Assembly: GCF_943914565.1 (NCBI RefSeq) | Contig: NZ_CALUCN010000003.1 | Span: 97,054-161,053, forward strand | Length of the DNA stretch: 64,000 nucleotides | Origin: an uncultured Tessaracoccus sp. | GTDB lineage: Bacteria > Actinomycetota > Actinomycetes > Propionibacteriales > Propionibacteriaceae | Reading direction: 5' to 3' | In this document: positions 35,872 to 45,073 of the stretch, piece after piece | Numbering within the stretch: position 1 is the first letter of the stretch | Layout: every line of letters begins with the position of its first letter | Made by a program: the position numbers and the translations under genes | Notes under the pieces: model-generated | What the model saw: only the letters and a program-made list of their open reading frames with translations | What the model was told of the DNA's origin: nothing | Database searches by the model: none

Positions 35872-35903
35872 GGCGCGCTCCTTCGTTGCGATCGGTATCG
35901 AGC

Positions 35904-37700
35904 CTACCCGGCCGGCGCGTCCGTCAGCGCCAACAGCCGCTCGAGCGCATCCACGCCCACCGGCTCGTGGGATCGGGTGGCCACGAGGGCCATCCTCGGT
36001 GCCAGCTCCCGCACATGATCAACTTGTTCGCGTTCCTGCGCTGCTCGCCGGGCGAGCAGTGGCGACGACGGCCGGGCCGCGAGGAGCGAGTTGTTCACCA
36101 CCCAGGCCCACGGGCGCATGTCGGCACGCGCAAGGTCCTCCACCAGCGCCTCCGCCTCGGCCACGGGGGTCGTCTCGGGAAGCGTCACCACGATGATGCT
36201 CGTGTGGTCCGGGTCCTGCAGGCGCATCAAGGGCGTCGTGGCGCGAGCCCGCTGGCGTTCGTCGAGGTGTCGCACCATCTCGCGGTGGTACGAACCGGTG
36301 GCATCCATGAGCAGGAGCGTGTGTCCCGTCGGTGCGGTGTCCATCACGACGAACCTGGAACGCGCCAGACCCACTGCGCGGCTGAACTGCTGGAAGACCG
36401 CGACTTCCTCCGTGCAGGGACTGAGGAGGTCCTCGCGCAGTGCGGCCCGGCCGGCGTCGTCGAGACTCGCGCCCTTGGTAGCCATCACCTTGTCCCGGTA
36501 CTCCTGCGTGGCGCGCTCGGGATCGATGGCGTCGACGGTGAGGTGCTCGACCTCCCCGGCCACCGTGGTGTCGAGGTGAGCGGCAGGATCCGTCGTCGTC
36601 AGGTGCACGTCATGGCCCCGCCGCGCCAGCGCCAGCGCGATCGCGGCGGCGACGGTCGTCTTGCCGACGCCGCCCTTGCCCACCGTCATCACGAGACCAC
36701 GGCCACGAGACTCCAGCTGGTCCACGAGCGCGAGCAGCGTCTCATTCGACGGCGGGGCGGCATCAGCGTCCCTCCAAGCCTGGGCGCCGGTGACCGGGTG
36801 GGCAGGGGCGTCCGCAGCGAGCAACTCCTCGAGGGCGTCGAGGCCCACCATGTTGTCCGGACGCAGCGGGAGGAGGTCGACGTCGAGGCCGCGGAGCTCG
36901 GCGGGCAACGCCTCCAGCGCCGCGCGTTCCCGAGCGTGCACCGCCGCGTGCAACGGGTCAGCGGAGTCAGCGTCGGTCGGCGCCGGGAGCACGGCGTTCA
37001 CGACGAGGTGGTGTGCCCGGATGCCGAGCTCGGCCAGCTCACCAGCAGTGCGCGCGACCTCGCGCAGCGTCGAGGTCTGGGCCCTGGCGACGAGGACGAG
37101 ACGCGTCGTCCCGGGGTCGGTGAGTGCCTCGACCGCGGTGCGGTAGGTCGAACGGTGGCGTTCGAGTCCGCTCATCGGGCCGAGGCAGGATGCGTCGCCC
37201 TTGCCCTCGTCGAGGAAGCTCGTCCAGCTCCCCGGCAGCTGCAGGAGGCGGATGGTGTGCCCGGTGGGCGCGGTGTCGAAGAGCACGTGGTCGAAGCCCT
37301 CCGTGCGTGCAGGGTCCGCGAGGAGGCCGGTGAACTCGTTGAACGAGGCGATCTCGGTGGTGCACGATCCCGAGAGTTGCTCCGTGATCGTGGCGAGCTC
37401 GCGCTCGGGCAGCAACGGGCGCACGGGTGCGAGGATTGACTCCCGGTAGGCGGCCGCGGCCGCGTCGGGGTCGATCTCGAGCGCGGACAGGCCGGGCACG
37501 TCGGCCACGGGGGTGATGTCGGCGCCGATCGTCGTGCCGAGTGCCTGGGCGATGTTGCTTGCCGGATCAGTGCTGACCAGGAGCACACGTCGTCCCGCTC
37601 GTGCGAGGCGGACGGCCGTGGCGCAGGCGATGCTCGTCTTGCCGACCCCGCCCTTGCCGGTGAAGAAGACGTGCCGGGGGAGTTCGTCGAGGAAATGCAC
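35904..37700 (-). CDS. arsA: arsenite-transporting ATPase ArsA (two-domain)
   Basis: Duplicated P-loop GKGGVGKT(S/T) and DTAPTGHT signal-transduction motifs in both halves. Confidence 0.9.
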   Translation of the reverse strand: MHFLDELPRHVFFTGKGGVGKTSIACATAVRLARAGRRVLLVSTDPASNIAQALGTTIGADITPVADVPGLSALEIDPDAAAAAYRESILAPVRPLLPERELATITEQLSGSCTTEIASFNEFTGLLADPARTEGFDHVLFDTAPTGHTIRLLQLPGSWTSFLDEGKGDASCLGPMSGLERHRSTYRTAVEALTDPGTTRLVLVARAQTSTLREVARTAGELAELGIRAHHLVVNAVLPAPTDADSADPLHAAVHARERAALEALPAELRGLDVDLLPLRPDNMVGLDALEELLAADAPAHPVTGAQAWRDADAAPPSNETLLALVDQLESRGRGLVMTVGKGGVGKTTVAAAIALALARRGHDVHLTTTDPAAHLDTTVAGEVEHLTVDAIDPERATQEYRDKVMATKGASLDDAGRAALREDLLSPCTEEVAVFQQFSRAVGLARSRFVVMDTAPTGHTLLLMDATGSYHREMVRHLDERQRARATTPLMRLQDPDHTSIIVVTLPETTPVAEAEALVEDLARADMRPWAWVVNNSLLAARPSSPLLARRAAQEREQVDHVRELAPRMALVATRSHEPVGVDALERLLALTDAPAG

Positions 37701-37722
37701 GGTGCGGTCCCTTCCCGTCGCG

Positions 37723-38097
37723 TCAGCAGCAGTCGGAGCCGCCGCAACAGCCCTCCGACGTCGCCGTCAGTGGGAGCGTGCTCCGTTCGGCGTCCGTGAG
37801 CCCCGCCCAACGCTCGAGCTCGTCGCGGGTGGGGTAACGCCCGGTCAGCACGGTCACGTCGTCGACCAGCGTGAGCGGCAGACCCTCGGAGCCTGCGGTG
37901 CGCACGAAGGCGACCGCTGTCTCGTTGCTCGTGAAGGCGGCGGGGTCGATGCCGAGGTTGGCGCGGGTGACGTCGGCGCCGCGCTCGCGGAGAGCGTGGA
38001 GGTCCGCGGTGAACGTGACGAGGGTCTGGTCGACGTCGGTGCCGCAGACACCAGTGTTGCAGCACAGGGCGGGTTCGAAGATACGGATGGCGGGCAC
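37723..38097 (-). CDS. arsD: arsenical resistance operon repressor/metallochaperone ArsD
   Basis: N-terminal FEPALCCNTGVCG (Cys12/13/18 motif). GTG start with a GGGAGG SD. The upstream part of the six-frame ORF is not genic. Confidence 0.8.
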   Translation of the reverse strand: MPAIRIFEPALCCNTGVCGTDVDQTLVTFTADLHALRERGADVTRANLGIDPAAFTSNETAVAFVRTAGSEGLPLTLVDDVTVLTGRYPTRDELERWAGLTDAERSTLPLTATSEGCCGGSDCC

Positions 38098-38113
38098 GGG
38101 GGCCTCCCTGTTG

Positions 38114-38163
38114 GATTGACGATTGTCGATACGTTGGATCGTAGCAATGCATCGATGAGTGTC
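38114..38163. promoter_or_regulatory. direct repeats TGTCGATACGTTGG / TGTCAATACGTCGG in the arsD-arsR divergent promoter (candidate ArsR operator)
   Basis: 12/14 identical 14-mers 36 bp apart, flanking a CATCGATG palindrome, between the two divergent start codons. Confidence 0.35.
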
Positions 38164-38186
38164 AATACGTCGGGTAGGGTGCTCAC

Positions 38187-38561
38187 ATGACCACTGCAAC
38201 CGACGTGCGCCCCCGGGACACCGGTGGCTGTGCCCCCGCCGAACCCGACGTCCTCGACGAGGGCGTCGCGCAGCGCGTCGCCGATCTGGCCAAGGCGCTG
38301 AGCGACCCCGTGCGGCTCCGGATCTTTCATCACATCGCCGCCAGCCGCTGCTCGAGCGTCTGCGCCTGTCACCTGCCCGGCGTCTTCGGGGTGAGTCAGC
38401 CCACGCTGTCCCACCACCTCAAGAAGCTTGTCGACGCGGGGCTCGTCGACAAGGAGATGCGCGGACGCTGGGCCCATTTCACACCGAAGGACGAGGGGCT
38501 GACCCTGCTGCGTTCCTTCCTCGATACCCTGCCTCCCGCCACCATCCGTTCGAAAGGCTGA
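38187..38561 (+). CDS. arsR: ArsR/SmtB family metalloregulator
   Basis: wHTH with a metal-binding Cys cluster (ASRCSSVCACHL) and the SHHLKKL recognition helix. Confidence 0.85.
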   Translation: MTTATDVRPRDTGGCAPAEPDVLDEGVAQRVADLAKALSDPVRLRIFHHIAASRCSSVCACHLPGVFGVSQPTLSHHLKKLVDAGLVDKEMRGRWAHFTPKDEGLTLLRSFLDTLPPATIRSKG

Positions 38562-38564
38562 CCC

Positions 38565-38978
38565 ATGAATCGACCTGCGGTGTTGTTCATCTGCGTGAGA
38601 AACGGTGGCAAGAGCCAGATGGCCGCCGCCCTCGCGAGGTTGCATGCCGGCGACGACGTCGAGATCCATTCGGCAGGGACCGTGCCCGGGGAGCACCTCA
38701 ACGAGGAGTCCCGCGCGAGCATCGAGGCCGTCGGCGCCACCTTCGACGGCGAGCACCCGAAGCCCGTCGATCCCGACCTGCTGCGCCGAGCGGACCGCGT
38801 GGTCGTGCTCGGCACCGCGGCACGGGTGGAGCCGGTCGAGGGGATGCGCGCGCCGATCGAGGTGTGGGACACCGACGAGCCGTCGCTGCGCGGCATCACC
38901 GGCAGGGCACGCATGGACCTCGTGCGCGACGACATCGACGCCCGCGTCCGGCAGCTCCTCGCCGAGCTCGGCGCCTGA
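38565..38978 (+). CDS. arsC: arsenate reductase, LMW-PTP fold (mycothiol/thioredoxin-coupled ArsC)
   Basis: P-loop VLFICVRNGGKSQMA, the LMW-PTP-type arsenate reductase signature. Confidence 0.8.
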   Translation: MNRPAVLFICVRNGGKSQMAAALARLHAGDDVEIHSAGTVPGEHLNEESRASIEAVGATFDGEHPKPVDPDLLRRADRVVVLGTAARVEPVEGMRAPIEVWDTDEPSLRGITGRARMDLVRDDIDARVRQLLAELGA

Positions 38979-39196
38979 CCTCACACCATCGGCTGCGAGC
39001 GCGGGTCCTTGCGCAGCCGCAGGGCGTCGTGCGGGAGCCGGCGTGGCCGCGGGTTCCCGCACGGGGCGCGCCACCGTCGGGCGACGGGGGATTGGGACAA
39101 CCCTCAACCACTGGACCCTGCGGTGGGTAACGTGGGGCCACAGCACAGGCTGCGGGCGGCCGTCGAGGTGCCCGCGACGGATGCGGAAGGACGACG

Positions 39197-40468
39197 ATGA
39201 CCAGGAAGCAACGCACCGGGGCTGCGGCCACCGCGCTCGCCGTGGTCGCCGCCGCTGCTCTCTCGGGGTGCTCCGACGAGGGTGGGACGCCGGAGCTGAT
39301 GTGGTACATCAACCCCGACAACGGCGGCCAGGCGGAGATCGCGGCGAAGTGCACCGAGGAGGCGGGTGGCAAGTACCGGATCACCACCTCGCTCCTGCCG
39401 CGCGACGCGGCCTCGCAGCGTGAGCAGCTCGCCCGTCGACTGGCTGCCGGGGACCGCTCGATGGACATCATGAGCCTCGACCCGCCGTTCATTCCCGAGC
39501 TCGCCGAGCCCGGATTCCTCGCGCCCGTGCCGCAGTCGGTGATCGACGAGCGCACCAAGGGCGTCGTCGAGGGTGCGATCGAGTCCGCGAAGTGGAAGGA
39601 CGAGTTCGTCACCGTCCCGTTCTGGGCCAACACGCAGCTGCTGTGGTACCGCAAGTCCGTCGCGAAGGAGGCGGGCCTGGACATGACCAAGCCGGTCACG
39701 TGGGACCAGCTCGTCGAGGCCGCCAAGAAGACCGACAAGAAGCTGGGCGTGCAGGTCACTCGCGGCGAGTCGATGACCGTGTGGGTGAACGCACTCGTCG
39801 AGTCGCAGGGCGAGAGCCTGATCCGCAACCCCGGCGCCAGCTCGGACGAGACCGAGTTCGGGCTCGACTCCGAGGCCGGCACCAAGGCCGCGGACATCGT
39901 CGGCACCATCGGCAAGGAGAAGCTGTTCGGCGGTGGCGTCAACGCTGACGAATCGGCGAACAAGGACTTCTTCGCCACCGACGGCGGCTCGTTCATGGTC
40001 AACTGGCCCTTCGTCTGGACGGCGCTGAAGGACGAGGCACCCGAGGTGGCCCAGGACATGGGCTGGGCGGTGTACCCGCGCGTCGACGCGGGCACCGAGG
40101 CGGCGCCGCCGCTGGGTGGCATCAACCTGGGTGTGGGCGCGTCGAGCGCGCACCCGGAGCTCGCCTACGAGGCGGTGACGTGCATCACGAAGCCCGAGCA
40201 CCAGGCGAAGTACTTCGCCACCAACGGCAACCCGCCGGCGGCGGAGGCGGCCTACGAGGATCCTGAGGTCAAGGAGGCGTACCCCATGGCCGACGTGATC
40301 CGTGACTCGCTGAACCAGGCGAAGCCCCGCCCGCAGACGCCCTTCTACAACGAGGTCTCGACGGCGGTCCAGCAGCGTTGGACCCCCATCGACCAGGTCG
40401 GGGCAAACACCCCGAAGTCGACGCAACAGTTCGTCGGTGAGGTGCTCAGAGGGGAGCGGTTGCTGTGA
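39197..40468 (+). CDS. carbohydrate ABC transporter substrate-binding lipoprotein (SBP family 1)
   Basis: Signal peptide plus lipobox (LSGCS). Family-1 solute-binding-protein composition. First gene of a four-gene operon. Confidence 0.85.
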   Translation: MTRKQRTGAAATALAVVAAAALSGCSDEGGTPELMWYINPDNGGQAEIAAKCTEEAGGKYRITTSLLPRDAASQREQLARRLAAGDRSMDIMSLDPPFIPELAEPGFLAPVPQSVIDERTKGVVEGAIESAKWKDEFVTVPFWANTQLLWYRKSVAKEAGLDMTKPVTWDQLVEAAKKTDKKLGVQVTRGESMTVWVNALVESQGESLIRNPGASSDETEFGLDSEAGTKAADIVGTIGKEKLFGGGVNADESANKDFFATDGGSFMVNWPFVWTALKDEAPEVAQDMGWAVYPRVDAGTEAAPPLGGINLGVGASSAHPELAYEAVTCITKPEHQAKYFATNGNPPAAEAAYEDPEVKEAYPMADVIRDSLNQAKPRPQTPFYNEVSTAVQQRWTPIDQVGANTPKSTQQFVGEVLRGERLL

Positions 40469-41388
40469 GTGCAGAGACCATGACGAAACCCCCGCTGTCG
40501 GAGCGGGCGCGCTCCGAGCGTCGCCTCGGCTGGATGCTCGCCGGGCCCGCGTTCGTGCTCATGCTCGCGGTGACGGTGTACCCGATCCTGCAGGCCGTGT
40601 TCGACTCGATGTTCTCCTACCGGCTCACCGCTCCGGGGGAGAAGAAGTTCGTCCTGTTCGAGAACTACGCGGTGATCTTCTCCGACCCGGTGTTCTGGAG
40701 CGCGCTCGGCGTGACGGCGCTCATCACCGTGGTCACCGTCGCGATCGAACTCGTGCTCGGCTTCGCGCTGGCACTGGTGATGAACAGCGCGATCCGGGGC
40801 CTGCGTGGCCCGCTGCGCACGGCGATCCTCGTGCCCTACGGCACGATCACCGTCGTCTCCGCGTTCGCGTGGTTCTACGCCTTCGACCTGAACTCCGGGT
40901 TCGTGAACCACTGGCTGTCGTGGCTACCGGGCATCTCGGAGAACACCGACTGGTTCGCGTCGGCGCCGACCGCGCTGTTCGTCATCATGGCCTCGGAGAT
41001 CTGGAAGACGACGCCGTTCATCTCCCTGCTGCTGCTCTCGGGCCTGGCGCAGGTGCCGGGTGAGCTCACCGAGGCGGCCGAGGTCGACGGCGCGACGTGG
41101 TGGGAGCGGATGCGCAAGGTGATCCTGCCGAACATGAAGGCGGCGATCATGGTCGCGGTGCTGTTCCGCGCGCTCGACGCGTTCCGCATCTTCGACAACA
41201 TCTTCATCATGACCAACGGCGCCTACGGCACCGAGGTGCTCTCGCTGCTGGCCTACCGCACGTCGATCGGGCGGCTCGAGATCGGCATGGGCTCCGCGAT
41301 CTCCGTCGTGCTGTTCCTGTGCGTCATCGCGATCAGCGTGATCGCGATCAAGGGGTTCAAGGTCGATCTCGCCGAAGGGGGTCGCTGA
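40465..41388 (+). CDS. carbohydrate ABC permease (MalF/UgpA-like)
   Basis: Six TM segments, EAA loop region (TEAAEVDGATWWERMRKVILP). 4-bp overlap with the upstream gene. Confidence 0.85.
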   Translation: MSAETMTKPPLSERARSERRLGWMLAGPAFVLMLAVTVYPILQAVFDSMFSYRLTAPGEKKFVLFENYAVIFSDPVFWSALGVTALITVVTVAIELVLGFALALVMNSAIRGLRGPLRTAILVPYGTITVVSAFAWFYAFDLNSGFVNHWLSWLPGISENTDWFASAPTALFVIMASEIWKTTPFISLLLLSGLAQVPGELTEAAEVDGATWWERMRKVILPNMKAAIMVAVLFRALDAFRIFDNIFIMTNGAYGTEVLSLLAYRTSIGRLEIGMGSAISVVLFLCVIAISVIAIKGFKVDLAEGGR

Positions 41389-41399
41389 CGGTGAAGAAG

Positions 41400-42218
41400 A
41401 AGCTCATCTGGACGCTCATCGCGATCGTCGTCGGCATCTACACGCTGTTCCCCGTGTTCTCGATCCTCGCGACGTCGTTCAAGCCCGTCGCCGAGCTGTC
41501 GTCGGGCAAACTCCTGCCGGCGAACCCGACGGGGGACAACTACGCGAACATCTTCGCCGGCTCCGCGTCGGACCTGTTCATCCCCGCGCTGCTGAACTCG
41601 CTGGGCATCACACTCATCTCGACGTTCATCGCCGTGGTGCTCGCGACGTTCTGTGCCTACGCGATCGCGCGGCTGGACTTCCCCGGCAAGCGGATCATCC
41701 TCGCCGCGGCACTCGGCGTCTCGATCTTCCCCGTGATCTCGATCGTGACGCCGCTGTTCAACCTGTGGCGGCAGATCGGCCTGTACGACACGTGGCCGGG
41801 CCTCATCATCCCGTACCTGTCGCTCACGCTGCCGATCTCGATCTACACGCTCTCGGCGTTCTTCCAGCAGATCCCGTGGGACCTCGAGAAGGCGGCGCAG
41901 GTCGACGGCGCGACGAACTGGGAGGCGTTTCGCAAGGTGATCGTGCCGCTGGCGAGCCCCGGGGTGTTCACGACGGCGATCATCGCGTTCTTCATCGCCT
42001 GGAACGACTTCGTCTACGGCATCTCGCTCACGTCGACGTCGGCCGCGCGGCCCGTGCCGGCGGCGCTCGCGTTCTTCACGGGCGCCTCGCAGTTCGAGGA
42101 ACCCACCGGCGCCATCTCGGCCGCCGCGATCATCGTCACCATCCCCGTCATCATCATCGTCATGCTGTTCCAGCGGCAGATCGTCTCCGGTCTGACGCAG
42201 GGCGCGGTCAAGGGCTGA
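41400..42218 (+). CDS. carbohydrate ABC permease (MalG/UgpE-like)
   Basis: EAA motif (EKAAQVDGATNWEAFRKVIVP). GTG start after the upstream stop. Confidence 0.85.
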   Translation, partial: KLIWTLIAIVVGIYTLFPVFSILATSFKPVAELSSGKLLPANPTGDNYANIFAGSASDLFIPALLNSLGITLISTFIAVVLATFCAYAIARLDFPGKRIILAAALGVSIFPVISIVTPLFNLWRQIGLYDTWPGLIIPYLSLTLPISIYTLSAFFQQIPWDLEKAAQVDGATNWEAFRKVIVPLASPGVFTTAIIAFFIAWNDFVYGISLTSTSAARPVPAALAFFTGASQFEEPTGAISAAAIIVTIPVIIIVMLFQRQIVSGLTQGAVKG

Positions 42219-42232
42219 ACAAGGAGTAGCCG

Positions 42233-43483
42233 ATGTCAACCATCACGCTCACGAACATCGTCAAGAAGTACGACGACGGGTTCCCGGCCGTCAACGACGT
42301 CAGCATCGACGTCGCCGACGGCGAGTTCCTGATCCTCGTCGGCCCCTCCGGATGCGGCAAGTCGACCCTGCTCAGGATGATCGTCGGCCTCGAGGACATC
42401 ACCTCCGGCGAGTTGCAGATCGACGGCAAGCGCATGAATGAGGCGGCGCCCAGGGACCGCAACCTCGCGATGGTGTTCCAGAACTACGCGCTTTACCCGC
42501 ACCTCACCGTCTTCGAGAACATCGCGTTCCCACTCAGGCTCGGGGCCAACAAGGTCGACGACGACGAGGTGCGCCGCAAGGTCGAGATGGCCGCGGAGAT
42601 GCTCGACCTCGGTGACCACCTCGAACGCAAACCGAAGAACCTCTCCGGCGGGCAGCGACAGCGCGTCGCGATGGGACGGGCGATCGTCCGAGACGCCGAT
42701 GCGTTCCTGTTCGACGAGCCGCTGTCGAACCTCGACGCGAAGCTGCGTGGGCAGATGCGCACCCAGATCGCGCAGCTCCAACGCCGGCTCGGCATCACGT
42801 CGATCTACGTCACGCACGACCAGACCGAGGCGATGACCCTGGGCGACCGCGTCGCCGTGCTGAAGAAGGGCGTCCTGCAGCAGATCGCGTCGCCGCGGGA
42901 GCTCTACGAGCAGCCGGCCAACCTGTTCGTCGCGGGCTTCATCGGCGCCCCGTCGATGAACTTCCTGCCCGCCCGCCTCGACGGCGGACGCATGCACACC
43001 CCGATCGGCGACCTCGACGTGCCGGAGACCGTCCGCGCCGCGGCCGAGGGACGGGACCTGGTCCTCCTGGGCGTCCGGCCGGAGCACTTCGAGGACGCGA
43101 GCCTCGTCGACGAGGCCCTGCGCGACAAGGGCACCGTGTTCTCCGCGGACGTGAGCCACACCGAGTGGCTCGGCAACGAGCAGTACGGCTACATCCACTA
43201 CGAGTCCGAGGACAAGGTGAAGACGCTCCTCGACGAGCTCGCGAAGGACCTCGACGGCGACGAGATGGAGCCGGTGGTCGTCGCGTCGTTCGACACCGCG
43301 AGCCGGATCCGTGGCGGCGACCGTGCGGACATCTGGGTCGACGGCCGGAAGATGCACGTCTTCGACCTCGAGACCGGCGAGAACCTCACCCGCGACGAGG
43401 AAGCCGGCGCCGAGCTCACCCGGCAGGCCCGCGAGGAGCGCGATCGCGAGATGCGTCGCGCCCGCGAACGCGACGACGACTGA
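42233..43483 (+). CDS. ABC transporter ATP-binding protein, MalK/UgpC family with C-terminal regulatory domain
   Basis: Walker A GPSGCGKST, LSGGQRQR, Walker B FLFDEPLSNLD, and a C-terminal TOBE-like domain. Confidence 0.9.
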   Translation: MSTITLTNIVKKYDDGFPAVNDVSIDVADGEFLILVGPSGCGKSTLLRMIVGLEDITSGELQIDGKRMNEAAPRDRNLAMVFQNYALYPHLTVFENIAFPLRLGANKVDDDEVRRKVEMAAEMLDLGDHLERKPKNLSGGQRQRVAMGRAIVRDADAFLFDEPLSNLDAKLRGQMRTQIAQLQRRLGITSIYVTHDQTEAMTLGDRVAVLKKGVLQQIASPRELYEQPANLFVAGFIGAPSMNFLPARLDGGRMHTPIGDLDVPETVRAAAEGRDLVLLGVRPEHFEDASLVDEALRDKGTVFSADVSHTEWLGNEQYGYIHYESEDKVKTLLDELAKDLDGDEMEPVVVASFDTASRIRGGDRADIWVDGRKMHVFDLETGENLTRDEEAGAELTRQAREERDREMRRARERDDD

Positions 43484-43550
43484 CCCCGACGGTGTCCACC
43501 CGGAGCGATTCGTCGTCGGCGAGGTGGCCGGTGCGCTTACCATCGAAGAC

Positions 43551-44531
43551 ATGATTCGCACCGCCATCATCGGATACGGCAACTTGGGACGCAGCGTCGA
43601 GCGAGTGATCGCCGCGCAGCCCGACATGGAGCTCGTCGGCGTGTTCTCGCGCCGCGACGCCCTCGACACCACCGCGCGCGTCCTGCCCGCGGCCGACGTC
43701 GAGCAGTACGCCGACGAGATCGACGTCCTGTTCGTCTGCCTCGGCTCCGCCACGGACGTGCCCGAGCAGGCCCCGGCGCTCGCACGGCACTTCACCACCG
43801 TCGACACCTACGACAACCACCACGAGATCCCCCACCACCGAGCCCGGATGGACGAGGCCGCCCGGGCCGGCGGCACCGTCGCGATGATCTCGACGGGCTG
43901 GGATCCGGGGCTGTTCTCCCTCAACCGTGTGCTCGGCCGCGCGGTCCTGCCGGGCTCGGACCAGATGACGTTCTGGGGCCCGGGGCTCTCGCAGGGCCAC
44001 TCCGACGCGGTCCGGCGCGTGCCGGGCGTGCGCAAGGGCGTCCAGTACACCGTGCCCAAGCCGGAGGCCGTCGACGCGGTCCGCCGGGGCGAGGGCGCGG
44101 ACCTCAAGGGCAACGAGTGCCACCTGCGCGAGGTGGTCGTCGTCGCCGACGAGACCGGTGACGCCGCCGCTGACGAGGAGCTGCGGGCCCGCATCCGCGA
44201 GACGATCGTGACGATGCCCGACTACTTCGAGCCCTACGAGACCACGGTGCGGTTCGTCTCCGACGAGGAGTTCGACCGCGAGCACCAGGGCATGCCGCAC
44301 GGCGGCCGCGTGATCACGCGGGGGCGCGCCGGGGAGTCGGGCCACGTCGTGGAGTTCCAGCTCGAACTCGAGCGCAACCCCGACTTCACCGCGGCCGTCC
44401 AGGTGGCCTACGGCCGGGCCGCCCACCGGCTGCGGCAGGCAGGCGAGGTCGGCGCCCGCACCGTGTTCGAGGTGCCCCCGTACCTGCTCGCGCAGGAGGG
44501 CCTCGACCAACTCGTCGAGTCGAACCTCTGA
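43551..44531 (+). CDS. ddh: meso-diaminopimelate D-dehydrogenase
   Basis: Near-collinear with Corynebacterium glutamicum Ddh (IGYGNLGRSVE, VDTYDNH, STGWDPG, FWGPGLSQGHSDA, MPDYF, GMPHGG, FTA). The upstream 80 codons of the six-frame ORF are not genic. Confidence 0.85.
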   Translation: MIRTAIIGYGNLGRSVERVIAAQPDMELVGVFSRRDALDTTARVLPAADVEQYADEIDVLFVCLGSATDVPEQAPALARHFTTVDTYDNHHEIPHHRARMDEAARAGGTVAMISTGWDPGLFSLNRVLGRAVLPGSDQMTFWGPGLSQGHSDAVRRVPGVRKGVQYTVPKPEAVDAVRRGEGADLKGNECHLREVVVVADETGDAAADEELRARIRETIVTMPDYFEPYETTVRFVSDEEFDREHQGMPHGGRVITRGRAGESGHVVEFQLELERNPDFTAAVQVAYGRAAHRLRQAGEVGARTVFEVPPYLLAQEGLDQLVESNL

Positions 44532-45055
44532 GCAGCGAGCCGGAGGCCGGCCGCCGAGGCCGCCCCACCGTCGCGCTGCTGTGCGGGCTGACGTGCTCCG
44601 GCAAGAGCACCTGGGCCAGCCGGTTGGCCGACGAGGGGTGGGCCTGGCTGTCCGTCGACCGCGACGCGTGGGACCTGGGCCACGTCGAGCAGCCGCTGCC
44701 CGGCCCGGTGCAGCGGGAGATCAAGGTGCGGCACAAGCGGAAGCTCCGGGAGCTCGTCGCCCAGGGCCGCGACGTCGTGCTCGACTACGCGCTGCCGTCC
44801 CGCGCGCGCCGCGACGAGTACCGGGCCCTCGCGCTCGCGACGGGGGCCCGGGTCGAGCTGCACCACCTCGACGTGGCCCCGGACGAGCTGCACCGTCGGC
44901 TCGCGCGACGCAACGCCGGCCCGCGGGGCCCGCACGCCGTCGCGGTGTCGCACGAGCAGCTCGATCGCTGGATCGAGCGGTTCGAGCCACCCGGGGAGGA
45001 CGAGCACCCGATGGTGCTCCTCCCCGACGGGGCCGGGGGTTTCCGACGGGGCTGA
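44528..45055 (+). CDS. P-loop NTPase / AAA_33-like putative kinase, start codon non-canonical or lost
   Basis: Walker A GLTCSGKST lies upstream of the first canonical in-frame start (TTG 44624). No ATG/GTG/TTG in frame between the ddh 3' end and the P-loop. The assigned CTG start at 44528 is an assumption. Confidence 0.4.
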   Translation: MSSEPEAGRRGRPTVALLCGLTCSGKSTWASRLADEGWAWLSVDRDAWDLGHVEQPLPGPVQREIKVRHKRKLRELVAQGRDVVLDYALPSRARRDEYRALALATGARVELHHLDVAPDELHRRLARRNAGPRGPHAVAVSHEQLDRWIERFEPPGEDEHPMVLLPDGAGGFRRG

Positions 45056-45073
45056 GCCACCGTCGGGGTGGGG

